IMG/VR virus record: IMGVR_UViG_3300026549_002477
Source of the DNA: an uncultured virus (IMG/VR IMGVR_UViG_3300026549_002477)
Taxonomy: Duplodnaviria; Heunggongvirae; Uroviricota; Caudoviricetes
Direction: 5' to 3' (one strand)
DNA: 64,000 nucleotides
How positions within the stretch are numbered: the first letter of the stretch is position 1; each line of letters begins with the position of its first letter. Positions 10,303 to 21,036 of the stretch are shown in pieces. The notes under the pieces were generated by a model. The model made no database searches. It was given only the letters and a program-made list of their open reading frames with translations, and was not told the DNA's origin. A program made the position numbers and the translations under genes.

Positions 10303-10845
10303 GTGTTATTAACAGCTGCTGTCATAGAAACTAAAGATGGAAAGCAATATAGAATACTAGATACATCTGATGGCTGTTGCTATGACATTGAATATGCTAA
10401 GATATATAATGCTATTTGCAGGAAGACTATAGATGATAAGAATAATACAAATAATAAAGTGTTATTAAAACTTGTAAATGGTGAAGATCTTAAGGGATTT
10501 AGACAAAGCATTAGTATAACTTCATCTAAACATAACATAGTATCATCAAGCAAGTGTTTAATAAAGCAAGATAATTTATATAGTATATTAAACATTCCAA
10601 GATTAAATGAAAACAAAGAGTTAATTGACAGCAATGATGGGCATAGATATATACCTATTGGATGGCATGGATTTGGTAAAAATAGATGCTTTTACTGTAT
10701 AGATTATAAATGTCAGCTTAATAAATTTAATTATTCTAAGATGGAACAATTAATCAACGATGGGAATATTAATGGAGCGCATATTATAAATGACAGAATC
10801 CATCTATATAAAGATCTAAACAATGAGCTTGGAGTTAGAGTATGA
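10303..10845 (+). CDS. Hypothetical protein, distantly resembling the repeated DUF3892-like module
   Basis: GGAGGG RBS and GTG start. Segments YRILDTSDG..YDI and MEQLINDGNINGAHI resemble the module in 37846, 59187 and 60578. Confidence 0.75.
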   Translation: MLLTAAVIETKDGKQYRILDTSDGCCYDIEYAKIYNAICRKTIDDKNNTNNKVLLKLVNGEDLKGFRQSISITSSKHNIVSSSKCLIKQDNLYSILNIPRLNENKELIDSNDGHRYIPIGWHGFGKNRCFYCIDYKCQLNKFNYSKMEQLINDGNINGAHIINDRIHLYKDLNNELGVRV

Positions 10846-11279
10846 AATTTATAGTGGGAGTTTATAAAGAATCTGCAGACAATAGTAATGGGAAGGTTAT
10901 AAAAGCTTGTTTGGTGTATGACAATCATACTAAGCAAGTGTCTGAGTTATTGTCTTTAAATACTTTAAAAAATATGTTAGCTAGTGGAATAAACATAATG
11001 GGAACACATTTAGCTGTTGGAGTTGATGGACAAACAAAGATAAAGTTTACTCAACAGAATTATGATTATAGATCTTTAGCTGAAGTTGATGAGTTTTCAA
11101 ATCTTATTAAACCTGGATTGCCAGTTATAGTCGGAAAGCGTAAAGATGGAAAATATGTTTCTGTTGATTATAAAGGAAACATACAATACGTAGATAAACA
11201 TGATTTAAATTGGTATTCTTACTTGGGCATAACCAAAGCAAACTATATATGCAAATCAAGCTCTGAAGAAGTGTATTAA
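10842..11279 (+). CDS. Hypothetical protein
   Basis: Overlaps the upstream stop (ATGA), GGAG RBS. The N-terminus (FIVGVYKE...IKACLVYD) resembles the N-terminus of 60578. Confidence 0.78.
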   Translation: MKFIVGVYKESADNSNGKVIKACLVYDNHTKQVSELLSLNTLKNMLASGINIMGTHLAVGVDGQTKIKFTQQNYDYRSLAEVDEFSNLIKPGLPVIVGKRKDGKYVSVDYKGNIQYVDKHDLNWYSYLGITKANYICKSSSEEVY

Positions 11280-11301
11280 CTAAAGAAGGGCCAATAACAC
11301 A

Positions 11302-14300
11302 ATGAAAATTATTTTAGGTAAAAAATTAAAAAGAGTAGTAACAGCATTACTTGCAACAGCTAGCATTACATTAACAGTTGGACAGTATATACCATACGTA
11401 CAAGCTGATAGCTCAAGAATGCTGGGGTCTTCACAAGCTCTTAATTCTCCTATATTAAACAATAATTTTACATCTGATAACTGGAATAAGTGGGAGATGA
11501 TATGTTGGGGTGTTTACCTCAGCAATTTTTGTGTACCATTTATAGATAACTATCAGATGGCATTTTCTACTGGAGCCGGTGGATCAAATGGCTCTGGATA
11601 TAATGCTCTAGTATTTGGTTCTGGAAACGATCCAACAAATAATGAAACAATAAAAGATTTTTGTGACTCTGCAACTAATTATCAAGCATCTGCTGGTAAA
11701 CAAATTTACGTCGGATACACAAAGTTATCTCAGTCATCTACAAGTGAGATGCCTAAATTATCAGAAAGGTTTACACCAACAGACGGGGATGATACTGGAC
11801 TTCGTCAGGCTTGCGTGGCAGACTTGTTCTTTTTGAAGCAGAGTGCTTTTGATAATTCTGGTAATAAACCATCTGATGATGATACACAATGGACAAACTA
11901 TAAAAGCTATAATAGTCTTTCAGACAGCGCTTTAAGCGATGATGGAAATGCTATACAGGATCTTGTATATGAAGAGGCATACATTCCTACTTTTTACATT
12001 AAAAGCGATAGTGGAAATTGGGTTAAAATTCTTGATTATACACAGAATATAGATTTGCAGTGTGTTGGAAGTTTGATGTCTAACATCGGTAATAGTGCGT
12101 ACAGTGCTAGAATAACTGATGAACAACTATCTGCAGCAACAATTCCAGAAAGCATTAAAAGTTATGTTGATAATGGCAGTGGAAGTCCATTAACATTGGA
12201 CTGTTTTGGAAACATCGTAACTTCTAACTCTATTGTCTGTGTACCGGCAGCAGTAAATCCAAATTTAACTGTTGATAAGAGCGTTAACATGTTAAATAGC
12301 TGGATGGTCAATGGGCTTACACAGACTAAAGATACTTCTAACTTAGTTAGTAATATAGGATCAGCTAATGGATCATCTGGCTTTAAAGACTGGTTTCATA
12401 ATGCATATGGGTTTAATGGATCATCCAATGGGTTTGGGCCTGGAGCAGCAAAATTCTTAAATATTCCGGCTTTGTGTGGAACGACTGCTTTTAATAATTT
12501 TCAGGCAATTTATTTTGATTTATCATCATTTGTTGGTGGAAGTACAACTTATGGAGACAGATTAAAAACATTATATAATCAAGATATAAATAATGATACA
12601 TATGATATGCCATTGATGTTTGGTACATCTACAAAATTCCCATCTGAGATCAATAGCAAAGATGATAATACTACATCATTAGCGGCACAGAATACTGCAA
12701 TAGCAGCTTCTGTGCTTAGTAATGACTATTTTATCACCGATAGTCAAAACCAAGTTTATTTAACTGCAGAATCAATGTTGCATGAACTTGAGATATATGA
12801 TGGATCAAAGATAGATATATTTGGAGATCCAATATGCATAGGTGTGGATGCTTGTCCAGTTAATCAGTCAAAAGCAAAAGCTAAGGCACAGGCTGTAAGA
12901 GATTTTTATAACTGGTTGTATCAATCTTATAGAAACAGCTCAGAATCTTCAAGTGGTATAACTGTAAACAAAGCACTTGTAACAGCAGCATTAGAGGATG
13001 TAGTAACATTTAATGACTTTGTAGAAAAAGTTGTACATAATGATACAATTTGGAAGTCTTTTGAAGCAGATCATCCTGAAGATGCAGGTGTATTTGATGC
13101 AGATAACACTGGTTTTTTAGCAAATAAAGACCCAGCAAATGTATGGTTTGATTATGGTGATAATAACACAGTAAATAATGAAACTGGTCGTATGATAGTT
13201 ATGTATCCAGCAAATAAAGTTCTTACCTACTGCGGATCAGTTCTTGGATTACAAGCAAACACAGAGTTTAGAGAGTATTCAACTTACCTTTATATGACAT
13301 ACCTTGACTGGTATGGAATTGTGAACAAGACAACATTCTCAACAGGAACAACTGCTACAAGTAAATTTGATACTAACATTTATGGTAATAGTGATCAAGC
13401 TCTTGTAGCTGATGTAACAAGTATAACTAATGTGCTTTCTGATGATCAAATGGAAAGTAAGATAAGAAATTACAGTTTCTTGATGCTGAGTCCAGATACA
13501 GATGGTATTGAATATAGAAACAGTGTTTTAATGAGCGGTGTATCTAAATTCATATATCAGCAGTATGAAAAAGTAGTTTATGGTGGTGCTAAAACTACAA
13601 AGACATTTACCTCTAGTAATAACTCTGGTTTCTTAAATGTGCCAATGTATGAAGATAATATATTTACAAAGGCATTTCTGAAGTTATATGTAAAGATAGC
13701 AGTTCTACTTGTTGGTTTTGGGGTATTACTGTTAGTTATAACAGGAATAATTAAAACAAAGAAGAACATATCATGGTGGTTCTTTGGTATGATCTCTATT
13801 ATTTCAATTGTGCTGCTGTTACCAAGTGTTAGTGACTTGACTCCAGTAGTCGCAACTGCAATAATTAATAGAATGTACAGTCCAAAGATGACTTACTGGT
13901 CATTGAGTGAAGAGATTGCAAATGCTTCTTTGGAAGCTAACTTAACTCAACAGAGTGCAGATAATGATGGACTATCTGATGAAGAAACTGCTACTGTTAT
14001 GAAGGTTGTATCTAATTTAAGTTCTCTTCATGCAGATAGAAGTTTGATGATAAAGCAGGATATAAGTCAGAAATTAACTCAGCAATTAGGAGGTGCATAC
14101 TCAGAAATTCAGAGTCTACCATCAGCACGTTGGCTATTACCTACAATAATGCAGCAGTATACTACAACTGATGGACAGGGTAATGTAAGTACAGATGCAG
14201 TGTATGTTAGTTTATCAAATGTATTAACTGATTGCAGCAATATGTATTGGTATATGTATCCAAACGATGCAGCATTTGTAACAAAGCCTACTTCAACATC

Positions 14301-16764
14301 AAGTCAATTTGCAACGAGCGTTAGTTCTTATAGTAATGATGAAAACGGAACAACTAATAAGACTACAGAAGCAAGTACAGCAGACGGTGTTAAAAAAGAT
14401 AATGATCAGGAAGGCTATACAAAGTTATCTGAGTATTTTGGAGATTATAAAGAAGAAACTTGGGCAGACGACACAAATACTGATGTAAACTATGCAAACT
14501 ATAGTTATACAGTTAGAGGAAATGCTAGTAGCGATGAAACAGAGTCTGGAAGTTCAGATATGGATTCCATGGTACACTTATATGGCTGGTGTGACATGGT
14601 TAAATCTAATGGAAACTCAAGATTTGTACCAAGTAGGGTAACAAGTAACTTTTTAGCTAGTGATAACTATGAAGGTTGGACAGATGCTTATAAAGATCCA
14701 GATAGTTGGATTGGATATATAAGGGATGCTGGTGATTACATTAAGAGTAGCTCTGGAGATTCATTAGGAGTTTGGAATACTAATAGTACAGACGCTGGGT
14801 TTGATGCAATAGCAGATACTTATGATAGAACAGATGCTTCTACAATTAAACCAAGCTTTTCATATTATAGAAACACTGAGTCAATCTTGTATTATTTCTT
14901 TGATGTTGTTAAAGATTCATTTGATGAATCTACTTCACTTGGTGGTGTTATAGGTCAGCTTCAAGGAACAATCGAAAATAAGTATATAGATCCAGATGAT
15001 CCAGATTATGATGCTAAGAAGACGGCTCAAGATCATGGAGATGAAAATTATCAGGTACGTAACAACTTCATGTATGCAACAGTAACAACTGATAGAGAGC
15101 AATATACAAAGTCAAATTATGATAATCAAGATGTTCAATACACAGGATGGACTAGAGATGTACTTGACTTGCAAGAGCTGTTTACAAATGTTGTTCCTTA
15201 TTTATATCAAACAACACTTGCAACTGGTGGGTTTTCTGGAGAAGATGCAGATTCAGCATTGGCTGGTATGTATATAAGTGCACAGTCTGATTATTATGAA
15301 GGATCACCTCAATCTTGGGCTTATCGTTGTAATTGGGCTGTAAAACTAATGGAAAATCCAAATTACTGCAAGGCAATGAGGGTTTATGGATATGATGAAA
15401 ATGGAAAAAGAACTAGATATATGATTTCAAACCCGATAATGCCAAGTGCTTATCCGGATAATCGTCCAATGATTTTCAGTGAAGCTCAAATGTATGCTTA
15501 TGGGCTTACTGAGAATGATCTTAACCTTGTTGAGTTAAAGTGTGTAAGAACTAATGAAGCAGTTGTCAAGGACTGGACAAGTTTAATTAACTATGCTGGA
15601 ACAGATGGGTTAACAAAAGAGAGTCTGTTTAGGCAGATGGCAGTAGATGCAGCAATCATATTTAATCAGAATTTAAGCAATACAGATATGTTGAATAATA
15701 AATATGCTGTTTATCCACAGTCACTTGATTTAAGGTACTTGTCATTTGATAGCATTATGAAGATATTAATTGTAAATGCTACAAAGAATTCAAGCTATGT
15801 TGGCAGAGATACAGTTGAGGTACTGCTTGATAATACCGATATATTTACTGGCGGACTGCTATTAATTTCTGCATTCTTATGGGCATTTACAATTCCACTA
15901 TTCCAAGAGTTCTTATTAGCATTTATATTCTATTTGTCAATATTGGCAATGGTTAGAACACTATTAGCATCTGGCATGTATAAAGTCAAAGTTGCCTGTG
16001 GACAATTAGTAAGCAATGCAATGTTTATAGTGATAACTATCATAAGCTATGGGTTAGTTGCTTTGTTATCTAGTATTACACAAGCTGATGAAGTATTATC
16101 TTTGAATAGAGTGCAATCAGATGGTGGATCACCAGTTTGGGTATTGATTATAATTATTGTTATTGCTGCACTATATATGGCAGCAATGGCAAACATGATA
16201 AGGTTCTGTTATCAAAATAGATATGACATGGGTTATTCAGCATATTCAGGTATGTTGCATTCAGCAGTAGATGGAATTTCTGGTGCATTTAGTGGACTTG
16301 CAAGTACAATTGGTGGATTCTTTGCAGGATCAGCCGCTGGGGAAGCTCTTGGTGGATTCTTTGGATCAGGTTTAGGCGAAGGAGGAGCTGCTGATGCAGC
16401 TGAACAGAAGAGAATTGAAGCTGCTAGACATAGCAGAGGGTTATTCTCAAAAACTGAAAATCAAGCTAGCTCAACATCTAGCAGTTCTTCAACATCTACA
16501 AAATCAGCAACTACTACAGATTCAAGTTCAAGTACTGATGATTCAACAACAGATAGTGCTGGAAACAATTATAATAATAATGCAACAACAGCTGCTGATG
16601 AAGAAAGCACAGAGTCAGCAGAAACAATCAATGCTGAGATCAGAAAAGGGCATGAGATGGAGAAGAAAGAAGAATCTACTACAACAAGTAACGATAAAAA
16701 AGAAGAATCTACTACAACAAGTAATGCTAAAAAAGATGATACAAAAACTACAATACCTGAATAA
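11302..16764 (+). CDS. Giant membrane protein (1820 aa), candidate VirB6-like component with large extracellular domains
   Basis: Signal peptide, central TM pair, C-terminal cluster of hydrophobic helices followed by a Gly/Ala-rich then Ser/Thr-rich tail. Lies upstream of the VirB3-like and VirB4-like genes; the VirB6 role is inferred from topology and context. Confidence 0.7.
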   Translation: MKIILGKKLKRVVTALLATASITLTVGQYIPYVQADSSRMLGSSQALNSPILNNNFTSDNWNKWEMICWGVYLSNFCVPFIDNYQMAFSTGAGGSNGSGYNALVFGSGNDPTNNETIKDFCDSATNYQASAGKQIYVGYTKLSQSSTSEMPKLSERFTPTDGDDTGLRQACVADLFFLKQSAFDNSGNKPSDDDTQWTNYKSYNSLSDSALSDDGNAIQDLVYEEAYIPTFYIKSDSGNWVKILDYTQNIDLQCVGSLMSNIGNSAYSARITDEQLSAATIPESIKSYVDNGSGSPLTLDCFGNIVTSNSIVCVPAAVNPNLTVDKSVNMLNSWMVNGLTQTKDTSNLVSNIGSANGSSGFKDWFHNAYGFNGSSNGFGPGAAKFLNIPALCGTTAFNNFQAIYFDLSSFVGGSTTYGDRLKTLYNQDINNDTYDMPLMFGTSTKFPSEINSKDDNTTSLAAQNTAIAASVLSNDYFITDSQNQVYLTAESMLHELEIYDGSKIDIFGDPICIGVDACPVNQSKAKAKAQAVRDFYNWLYQSYRNSSESSSGITVNKALVTAALEDVVTFNDFVEKVVHNDTIWKSFEADHPEDAGVFDADNTGFLANKDPANVWFDYGDNNTVNNETGRMIVMYPANKVLTYCGSVLGLQANTEFREYSTYLYMTYLDWYGIVNKTTFSTGTTATSKFDTNIYGNSDQALVADVTSITNVLSDDQMESKIRNYSFLMLSPDTDGIEYRNSVLMSGVSKFIYQQYEKVVYGGAKTTKTFTSSNNSGFLNVPMYEDNIFTKAFLKLYVKIAVLLVGFGVLLLVITGIIKTKKNISWWFFGMISIISIVLLLPSVSDLTPVVATAIINRMYSPKMTYWSLSEEIANASLEANLTQQSADNDGLSDEETATVMKVVSNLSSLHADRSLMIKQDISQKLTQQLGGAYSEIQSLPSARWLLPTIMQQYTTTDGQGNVSTDAVYVSLSNVLTDCSNMYWYMYPNDAAFVTKPTSTSSQFATSVSSYSNDENGTTNKTTEASTADGVKKDNDQEGYTKLSEYFGDYKEETWADDTNTDVNYANYSYTVRGNASSDETESGSSDMDSMVHLYGWCDMVKSNGNSRFVPSRVTSNFLASDNYEGWTDAYKDPDSWIGYIRDAGDYIKSSSGDSLGVWNTNSTDAGFDAIADTYDRTDASTIKPSFSYYRNTESILYYFFDVVKDSFDESTSLGGVIGQLQGTIENKYIDPDDPDYDAKKTAQDHGDENYQVRNNFMYATVTTDREQYTKSNYDNQDVQYTGWTRDVLDLQELFTNVVPYLYQTTLATGGFSGEDADSALAGMYISAQSDYYEGSPQSWAYRCNWAVKLMENPNYCKAMRVYGYDENGKRTRYMISNPIMPSAYPDNRPMIFSEAQMYAYGLTENDLNLVELKCVRTNEAVVKDWTSLINYAGTDGLTKESLFRQMAVDAAIIFNQNLSNTDMLNNKYAVYPQSLDLRYLSFDSIMKILIVNATKNSSYVGRDTVEVLLDNTDIFTGGLLLISAFLWAFTIPLFQEFLLAFIFYLSILAMVRTLLASGMYKVKVACGQLVSNAMFIVITIISYGLVALLSSITQADEVLSLNRVQSDGGSPVWVLIIIIVIAALYMAAMANMIRFCYQNRYDMGYSAYSGMLHSAVDGISGAFSGLASTIGGFFAGSAAGEALGGFFGSGLGEGGAADAAEQKRIEAARHSRGLFSKTENQASSTSSSSSTSTKSATTTDSSSSTDDSTTDSAGNNYNNNATTAADEESTESAETINAEIRKGHEMEKKEESTTTSNDKKEESTTTSNAKKDDTKTTIPE

Positions 16765-16809
16765 TTAGATTATAAACACTAGACCTGTTGATTAAAATGT
16801 ATGATATGC

Positions 16810-16850
16810 AATGGGTCTGAAAGGGATATTACACTTCAGACCCATTTTTA
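16810..16850 (+). terminator. Terminator-like hairpin just before the RBS of 16867
   Basis: aatgggtctgaa ... ttcagacccatt followed by ttt. Confidence 0.7.
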
Positions 16851-16866
16851 ATGAGAGGTTTCACAA

Positions 16867-18096
16867 ATGGCCAATACTAAACGTAGAGAAAAATACACAG
16901 ACAGAAGCGGGAATATGTTTATTCCTATGAATGTTGAAGGAACATCATGGGATGAACATTTTATAAATACTACTAAGTTATTTTGTATACTAGGCATTAT
17001 ATTAGGATACATCTTATTAGTAATATATCTTGGTACAGTTGAGTCTAAACCTCTGGGATATGTAATTTTACTTGGGGCATGGACTTTAGTAACAATAATG
17101 CTAGTAAGGTTTGTGATTTTTGAAGAGAAATTCTACTATAGAATGTATAAAGAATTAAAACAAAATGAAGTATGTACACCTGCTTTGTTTTGGGGAATTG
17201 CATCAATAGAAGATACTGACCAAGGTGCTATTATTACATATAGTGATGGTAAAATAGCTATTATGGTTAAAGTTGATAGAGACACAATTACTGGTAAAAA
17301 GTCAGACTTTCAAGAAAAGCACTATGATACACTAAGTGATTTTTACAGAGCATTAGCACAATTTAATTACAGTTTTGTACAAATGAATATCATGGAGCAA
17401 GCTGGAAATGACCCAAGATTAAAAGAATTTACTAAATTGATAAATAAGAGTGACAATTCAAATATTCGTAAATTAATGGAAAATGAAATAGGATATATTA
17501 AAAATGTTACAAGAAACAGTCTGTATGAAACGGATTACTTTCTAGTTTATACAACTGATATGAATAGAGCTGATCATATCATAGAAGAAGTTTCAAATAT
17601 ATTCTCCATGTTAAGAGAAGGAGCCTATGTAGGTCATAGTATATTAACCCATAAAGGCATAAATGATTTTGTTAAACAGGAATATGGAGTTGAGTACTTT
17701 AATTCAACGGAAGCTTCATTATACATGTTTAGACGATTGAATGGTAGAGGTAAACTTCCATTTAACATTTCTGGCATTCTTTGGACTGATGGAGTTGAGC
17801 AAAATCTGAATCAAGTTGAAATAAATAAAGTCCGTAATTTGGCTAGTTCTGTTGTTTCAGAAACAGTCTCTCAAGGAGATGTATCGTTTAAAAAAGCAGT
17901 TTATAGAAAAGATATAAAGAAAGAAGCTGGAGTAGACTTTGAAAGTTTGAATCAGGTCAACGTTAGAAACAATAGAAGTACAATTAAACAAAATGTCACT
18001 AACAATAGTATAAATAATAAGCCAAATGGAGATAGTAATAAGCCAAGTGATAGTGATAACAATGCAATTGATGAAGATGCTTACATTGACTTTTAA
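16867..18096 (+). CDS. PrgI/VirB3-TrsD-like conjugation membrane protein
   Basis: Two N-terminal TMs, then a segment (IEDTDQGAIITYSDGKIAIMVKV...EKHYDTLSDFYRAL) resembling proteins that precede VirB4 in Gram-positive T4SS. Confidence 0.55.
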   Translation: MANTKRREKYTDRSGNMFIPMNVEGTSWDEHFINTTKLFCILGIILGYILLVIYLGTVESKPLGYVILLGAWTLVTIMLVRFVIFEEKFYYRMYKELKQNEVCTPALFWGIASIEDTDQGAIITYSDGKIAIMVKVDRDTITGKKSDFQEKHYDTLSDFYRALAQFNYSFVQMNIMEQAGNDPRLKEFTKLINKSDNSNIRKLMENEIGYIKNVTRNSLYETDYFLVYTTDMNRADHIIEEVSNIFSMLREGAYVGHSILTHKGINDFVKQEYGVEYFNSTEASLYMFRRLNGRGKLPFNISGILWTDGVEQNLNQVEINKVRNLASSVVSETVSQGDVSFKKAVYRKDIKKEAGVDFESLNQVNVRNNRSTIKQNVTNNSINNKPNGDSNKPSDSDNNAIDEDAYIDF

Positions 18097-18116
18097 ATTA
18101 AAGAGGTAAATAATAA

Positions 18117-21014
18117 ATGAGAATTTTAATTTCAGCAGGAATCAAAACAGAAAACATTAGAAGAGGAATTAGCAAGGCTTTTGCTAATTCTGGTGATACA
18201 ATAGATATTGTCAATTATATTGATGATATTGACAGTATATTTGAAAAGGGAGACTATTTTGATAAAGCTCTCATCATTGATAAAGCTATTACAAAAGATG
18301 GTGAGATAAAAGATGAGTTTGAAATTCGTAATAAGATTAATGAATTTTCAAGACTTATGGGACGTAGATTAACTGCTGATAAAAACAGAGAATTCGTGTT
18401 TATGACAGAATACTCTGATATAGCAAACATGATGAGTGAGGAAACAATACTCATAAACAAAAATTCAAATGTTGTATTTAAGAAACCTCCATATACTGTA
18501 AAATTCTTCGTAATGCTGTTAACTACAAGCGTAAAGAGTTTACCAGATGATATTGTTTATCATCCAGCAGCTATAACTCCAGAGGGCGTTAATAAATCTA
18601 ACGGGAATAAATTAGCAGAGAAGCTTGACATTGATAATAGTCAACAAGCTCAAGTTCATGTAGCACCACAAGATTTGGATCAAGCAATGTTTGGTTCAAA
18701 TGACGATGAGGTTGATGCTGATAAACATATAAATGATGATCTTGGACTTGATACTGATACAGACCCTGAACAGAAAGAAGCTGATGATAATTCTTTTGGA
18801 TCAGCTGATTCTGGTGCATCATTTGATGATGGGGATTTTGATACATCAGATGATCAATCAACAGATACTAGCTTTGGTGCACCAGATGATGATCAAGTAA
18901 CAAGTGATGGTACACAAGATTTTGGTTCTGATCAAACTTCAAATGATTTTGGTACACAAGATTTTGGTACACAGGATTTTGGTTCTGATCAAACTTCAAA
19001 TGATTTTGATGCACCTAATGAACAAAATCAAGGAGCTAATGACGGAGACTTTGATACATCTGACTTTGATACATCTGACTTTGATACATCCGATAATCAA
19101 AATCAAGTAAGTGATGATTTTGGCACTGATCAAGGATTTGATAATAACAGTGGATTTGAAACAGCTGACAGTAATCAAACTGTGGATCAAAATCAAGAAA
19201 ATGAACAAAACGACTTTGCAACTGATGATTTTGGTAGTGATCAAGGATTCGATGATAGTAATTTAAACTTTGATGATACACCAATAGAAAAATCTGGCGA
19301 TCTTCCTGATTATGTAGATAATACAGTTGATCAGAATAGTCAGCCAGAAGAAGTCCAGCAGCCAGAAATGCAAGAGAATAATTTTGGAATGGATCAAGAT
19401 AACCAAGTTGAGCAGACAGAAGAAGTCCAGCAGCCAGAAATGCAAGAGAATAATTTTGGAATGGATCAAGATAACCAAGTTGAGCAGACAGAAGGAAATC
19501 AGTTTAATGGAAATGTTGACTTTGATCAGCACGCTGTTAATGACTTGCAGAATCAAAATTATCAAGGAAATTATAATAATCAGCAATATGGTTGTCAAGA
19601 CCAACAGTATGAACAGAGTCAACAGTATGACCAGAGTCAGCAGTATAATAATCAAGATCAACAGTATAGTGAGCAGCAGGACAATATGAATCAGCAAGAT
19701 GGACAGAATCAATACGTCGATAACATTCCAGGATTTGATAATCAGTATGATAATAGTCAGGATGATCCAAATGCAGACATACCAGGGTTTGATAATGACG
19801 ACTATGCAAATAATGACGATCAAATTCAACAGATGCAAGTACAGCAGGAGCAGCCAGATTCATTAGATGAGTTTGATAGTTCTGAATATCAAGATCAAAA
19901 CCAGCAGAATTGTGAGACTCCTAATGGAATGAATATGAATCCAAATGGAATGAATATGAATCCAAATGGAATGAATATGAATCCAAATGGAATGAATATG
20001 AATCCAAATGGAATTGGAGCTGGTCTTGGAGTTGAGCAGAATAACACAGGAAAGAAAGGTTTCTTTGGTAGATTCAAGAGTAATAAACAGAATAATCAAG
20101 TGCATCAACCAATTCAACAGCCTGTACAGCAGCAACCTGTTCAACCTAATAGGGGAAATATAAATATAGCTCAAATAAAAAATGAGTTAAGACCATTTGC
20201 TGAAAGAGGAAACTCAATAGTAGTCACAGGATGCGGTGGATGTGGAACTAGCTTTGTTGCATTTAACTTAGCCAACATTATTGTTCAGCTTGGATACACT
20301 GTATTGCTTGTTGACTTTGATCTTAAGGGAAAAACACAGAGTTATATTTCTAGAACAAATTATGAAGCTCTTGAACCAGAAGGAAATAAGCTAATATCAG
20401 GAATTAACAGTACAACTGGTATGAATCAATACTTAACTGTTACTAAAACAGGATTTCATTTATTAGCAAATAGTTTAGGTGCTGACTCTGTTGAAGTATC
20501 AGAGGTACTTCATAAGGATAAGCTGAACAAGTTTGCTAATGTAGCTAAAGCAAATCATGCATTTGTAATTTATGATATACCGTTTGAATCGGCTACTACA
20601 TTCCTTCAGGATATTACTTACGGATGTGATAATCTTGTACTTGTAACTGATATGAGTAACTGGGGAGTTACTAAGATGATGACTTATGTTACTAATATAA
20701 CTTCTGATGAAATGCAAGATATAATATTTTCTAAAGCTCAGATAGTATTCAATAGGTACAGAAATATGAGTGCTGCTTTTGGCAAGAGAATTAGAACTGC
20801 TGCTGATATATTACAAGAAATGGATAACGAGGTCATAGAGCTTATTGGTGAAGATCCAGGATATCATTTCAGCGATATGGCAATAACAGCAATTATAAAT
20901 GATGATCCTGATATAGAAAAGGGATGGTTTGAGGATGTTCAATACACTGACACTGCTAAAGGTCAGCAAGTATTTTTAAATCTGTTAAGAAATATAGTGC
21001 TTCATAAACATTAA
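18117..21014 (+). CDS. TadZ/CpaE- or MinD/ParA-like ATPase with a long acidic D/Q/N linker
   Basis: C-terminal domain with IVVTGCGGCGTSFVAFNLA...VLLVDFD and VIYDIP; the Walker A lacks both lysines. Folded N-terminal domain, about 500-aa low-complexity linker, amphipathic KKGFFGRFK segment. Confidence 0.75.
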   Translation: MRILISAGIKTENIRRGISKAFANSGDTIDIVNYIDDIDSIFEKGDYFDKALIIDKAITKDGEIKDEFEIRNKINEFSRLMGRRLTADKNREFVFMTEYSDIANMMSEETILINKNSNVVFKKPPYTVKFFVMLLTTSVKSLPDDIVYHPAAITPEGVNKSNGNKLAEKLDIDNSQQAQVHVAPQDLDQAMFGSNDDEVDADKHINDDLGLDTDTDPEQKEADDNSFGSADSGASFDDGDFDTSDDQSTDTSFGAPDDDQVTSDGTQDFGSDQTSNDFGTQDFGTQDFGSDQTSNDFDAPNEQNQGANDGDFDTSDFDTSDFDTSDNQNQVSDDFGTDQGFDNNSGFETADSNQTVDQNQENEQNDFATDDFGSDQGFDDSNLNFDDTPIEKSGDLPDYVDNTVDQNSQPEEVQQPEMQENNFGMDQDNQVEQTEEVQQPEMQENNFGMDQDNQVEQTEGNQFNGNVDFDQHAVNDLQNQNYQGNYNNQQYGCQDQQYEQSQQYDQSQQYNNQDQQYSEQQDNMNQQDGQNQYVDNIPGFDNQYDNSQDDPNADIPGFDNDDYANNDDQIQQMQVQQEQPDSLDEFDSSEYQDQNQQNCETPNGMNMNPNGMNMNPNGMNMNPNGMNMNPNGIGAGLGVEQNNTGKKGFFGRFKSNKQNNQVHQPIQQPVQQQPVQPNRGNINIAQIKNELRPFAERGNSIVVTGCGGCGTSFVAFNLANIIVQLGYTVLLVDFDLKGKTQSYISRTNYEALEPEGNKLISGINSTTGMNQYLTVTKTGFHLLANSLGADSVEVSEVLHKDKLNKFANVAKANHAFVIYDIPFESATTFLQDITYGCDNLVLVTDMSNWGVTKMMTYVTNITSDEMQDIIFSKAQIVFNRYRNMSAAFGKRIRTAADILQEMDNEVIELIGEDPGYHFSDMAITAIINDDPDIEKGWFEDVQYTDTAKGQQVFLNLLRNIVLHKH
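19347..19490 (+). repeat. 72-bp in-frame direct duplication (EEVQQPEMQENNFGMDQDNQVEQT x2)
   Basis: Two adjacent identical 72-nt copies. Confidence 0.93.
19920..20012 (+). repeat. 21-bp in-frame tandem repeat (PNGMNMN x4 plus partial)
   Basis: ccaaatggaatgaatatgaat units. Confidence 0.95.
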
Positions 21015-21036
21015 TTAAAGGTGATAAACTTAGGAG

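Noticed and set aside
15711..15719. DnaA box TTATCCACA
   Set aside because: Only one copy was noticed, inside a coding region; there is no cluster indicating an origin.
18254..20717. Minus-strand and alternate-frame ORFs over low-complexity regions (also 24982-25476, 30109-30468, 61787-62156 and others)
   Set aside because: These are shadow ORFs of repetitive or acidic + strand genes, with no RBS or recognisable motifs.
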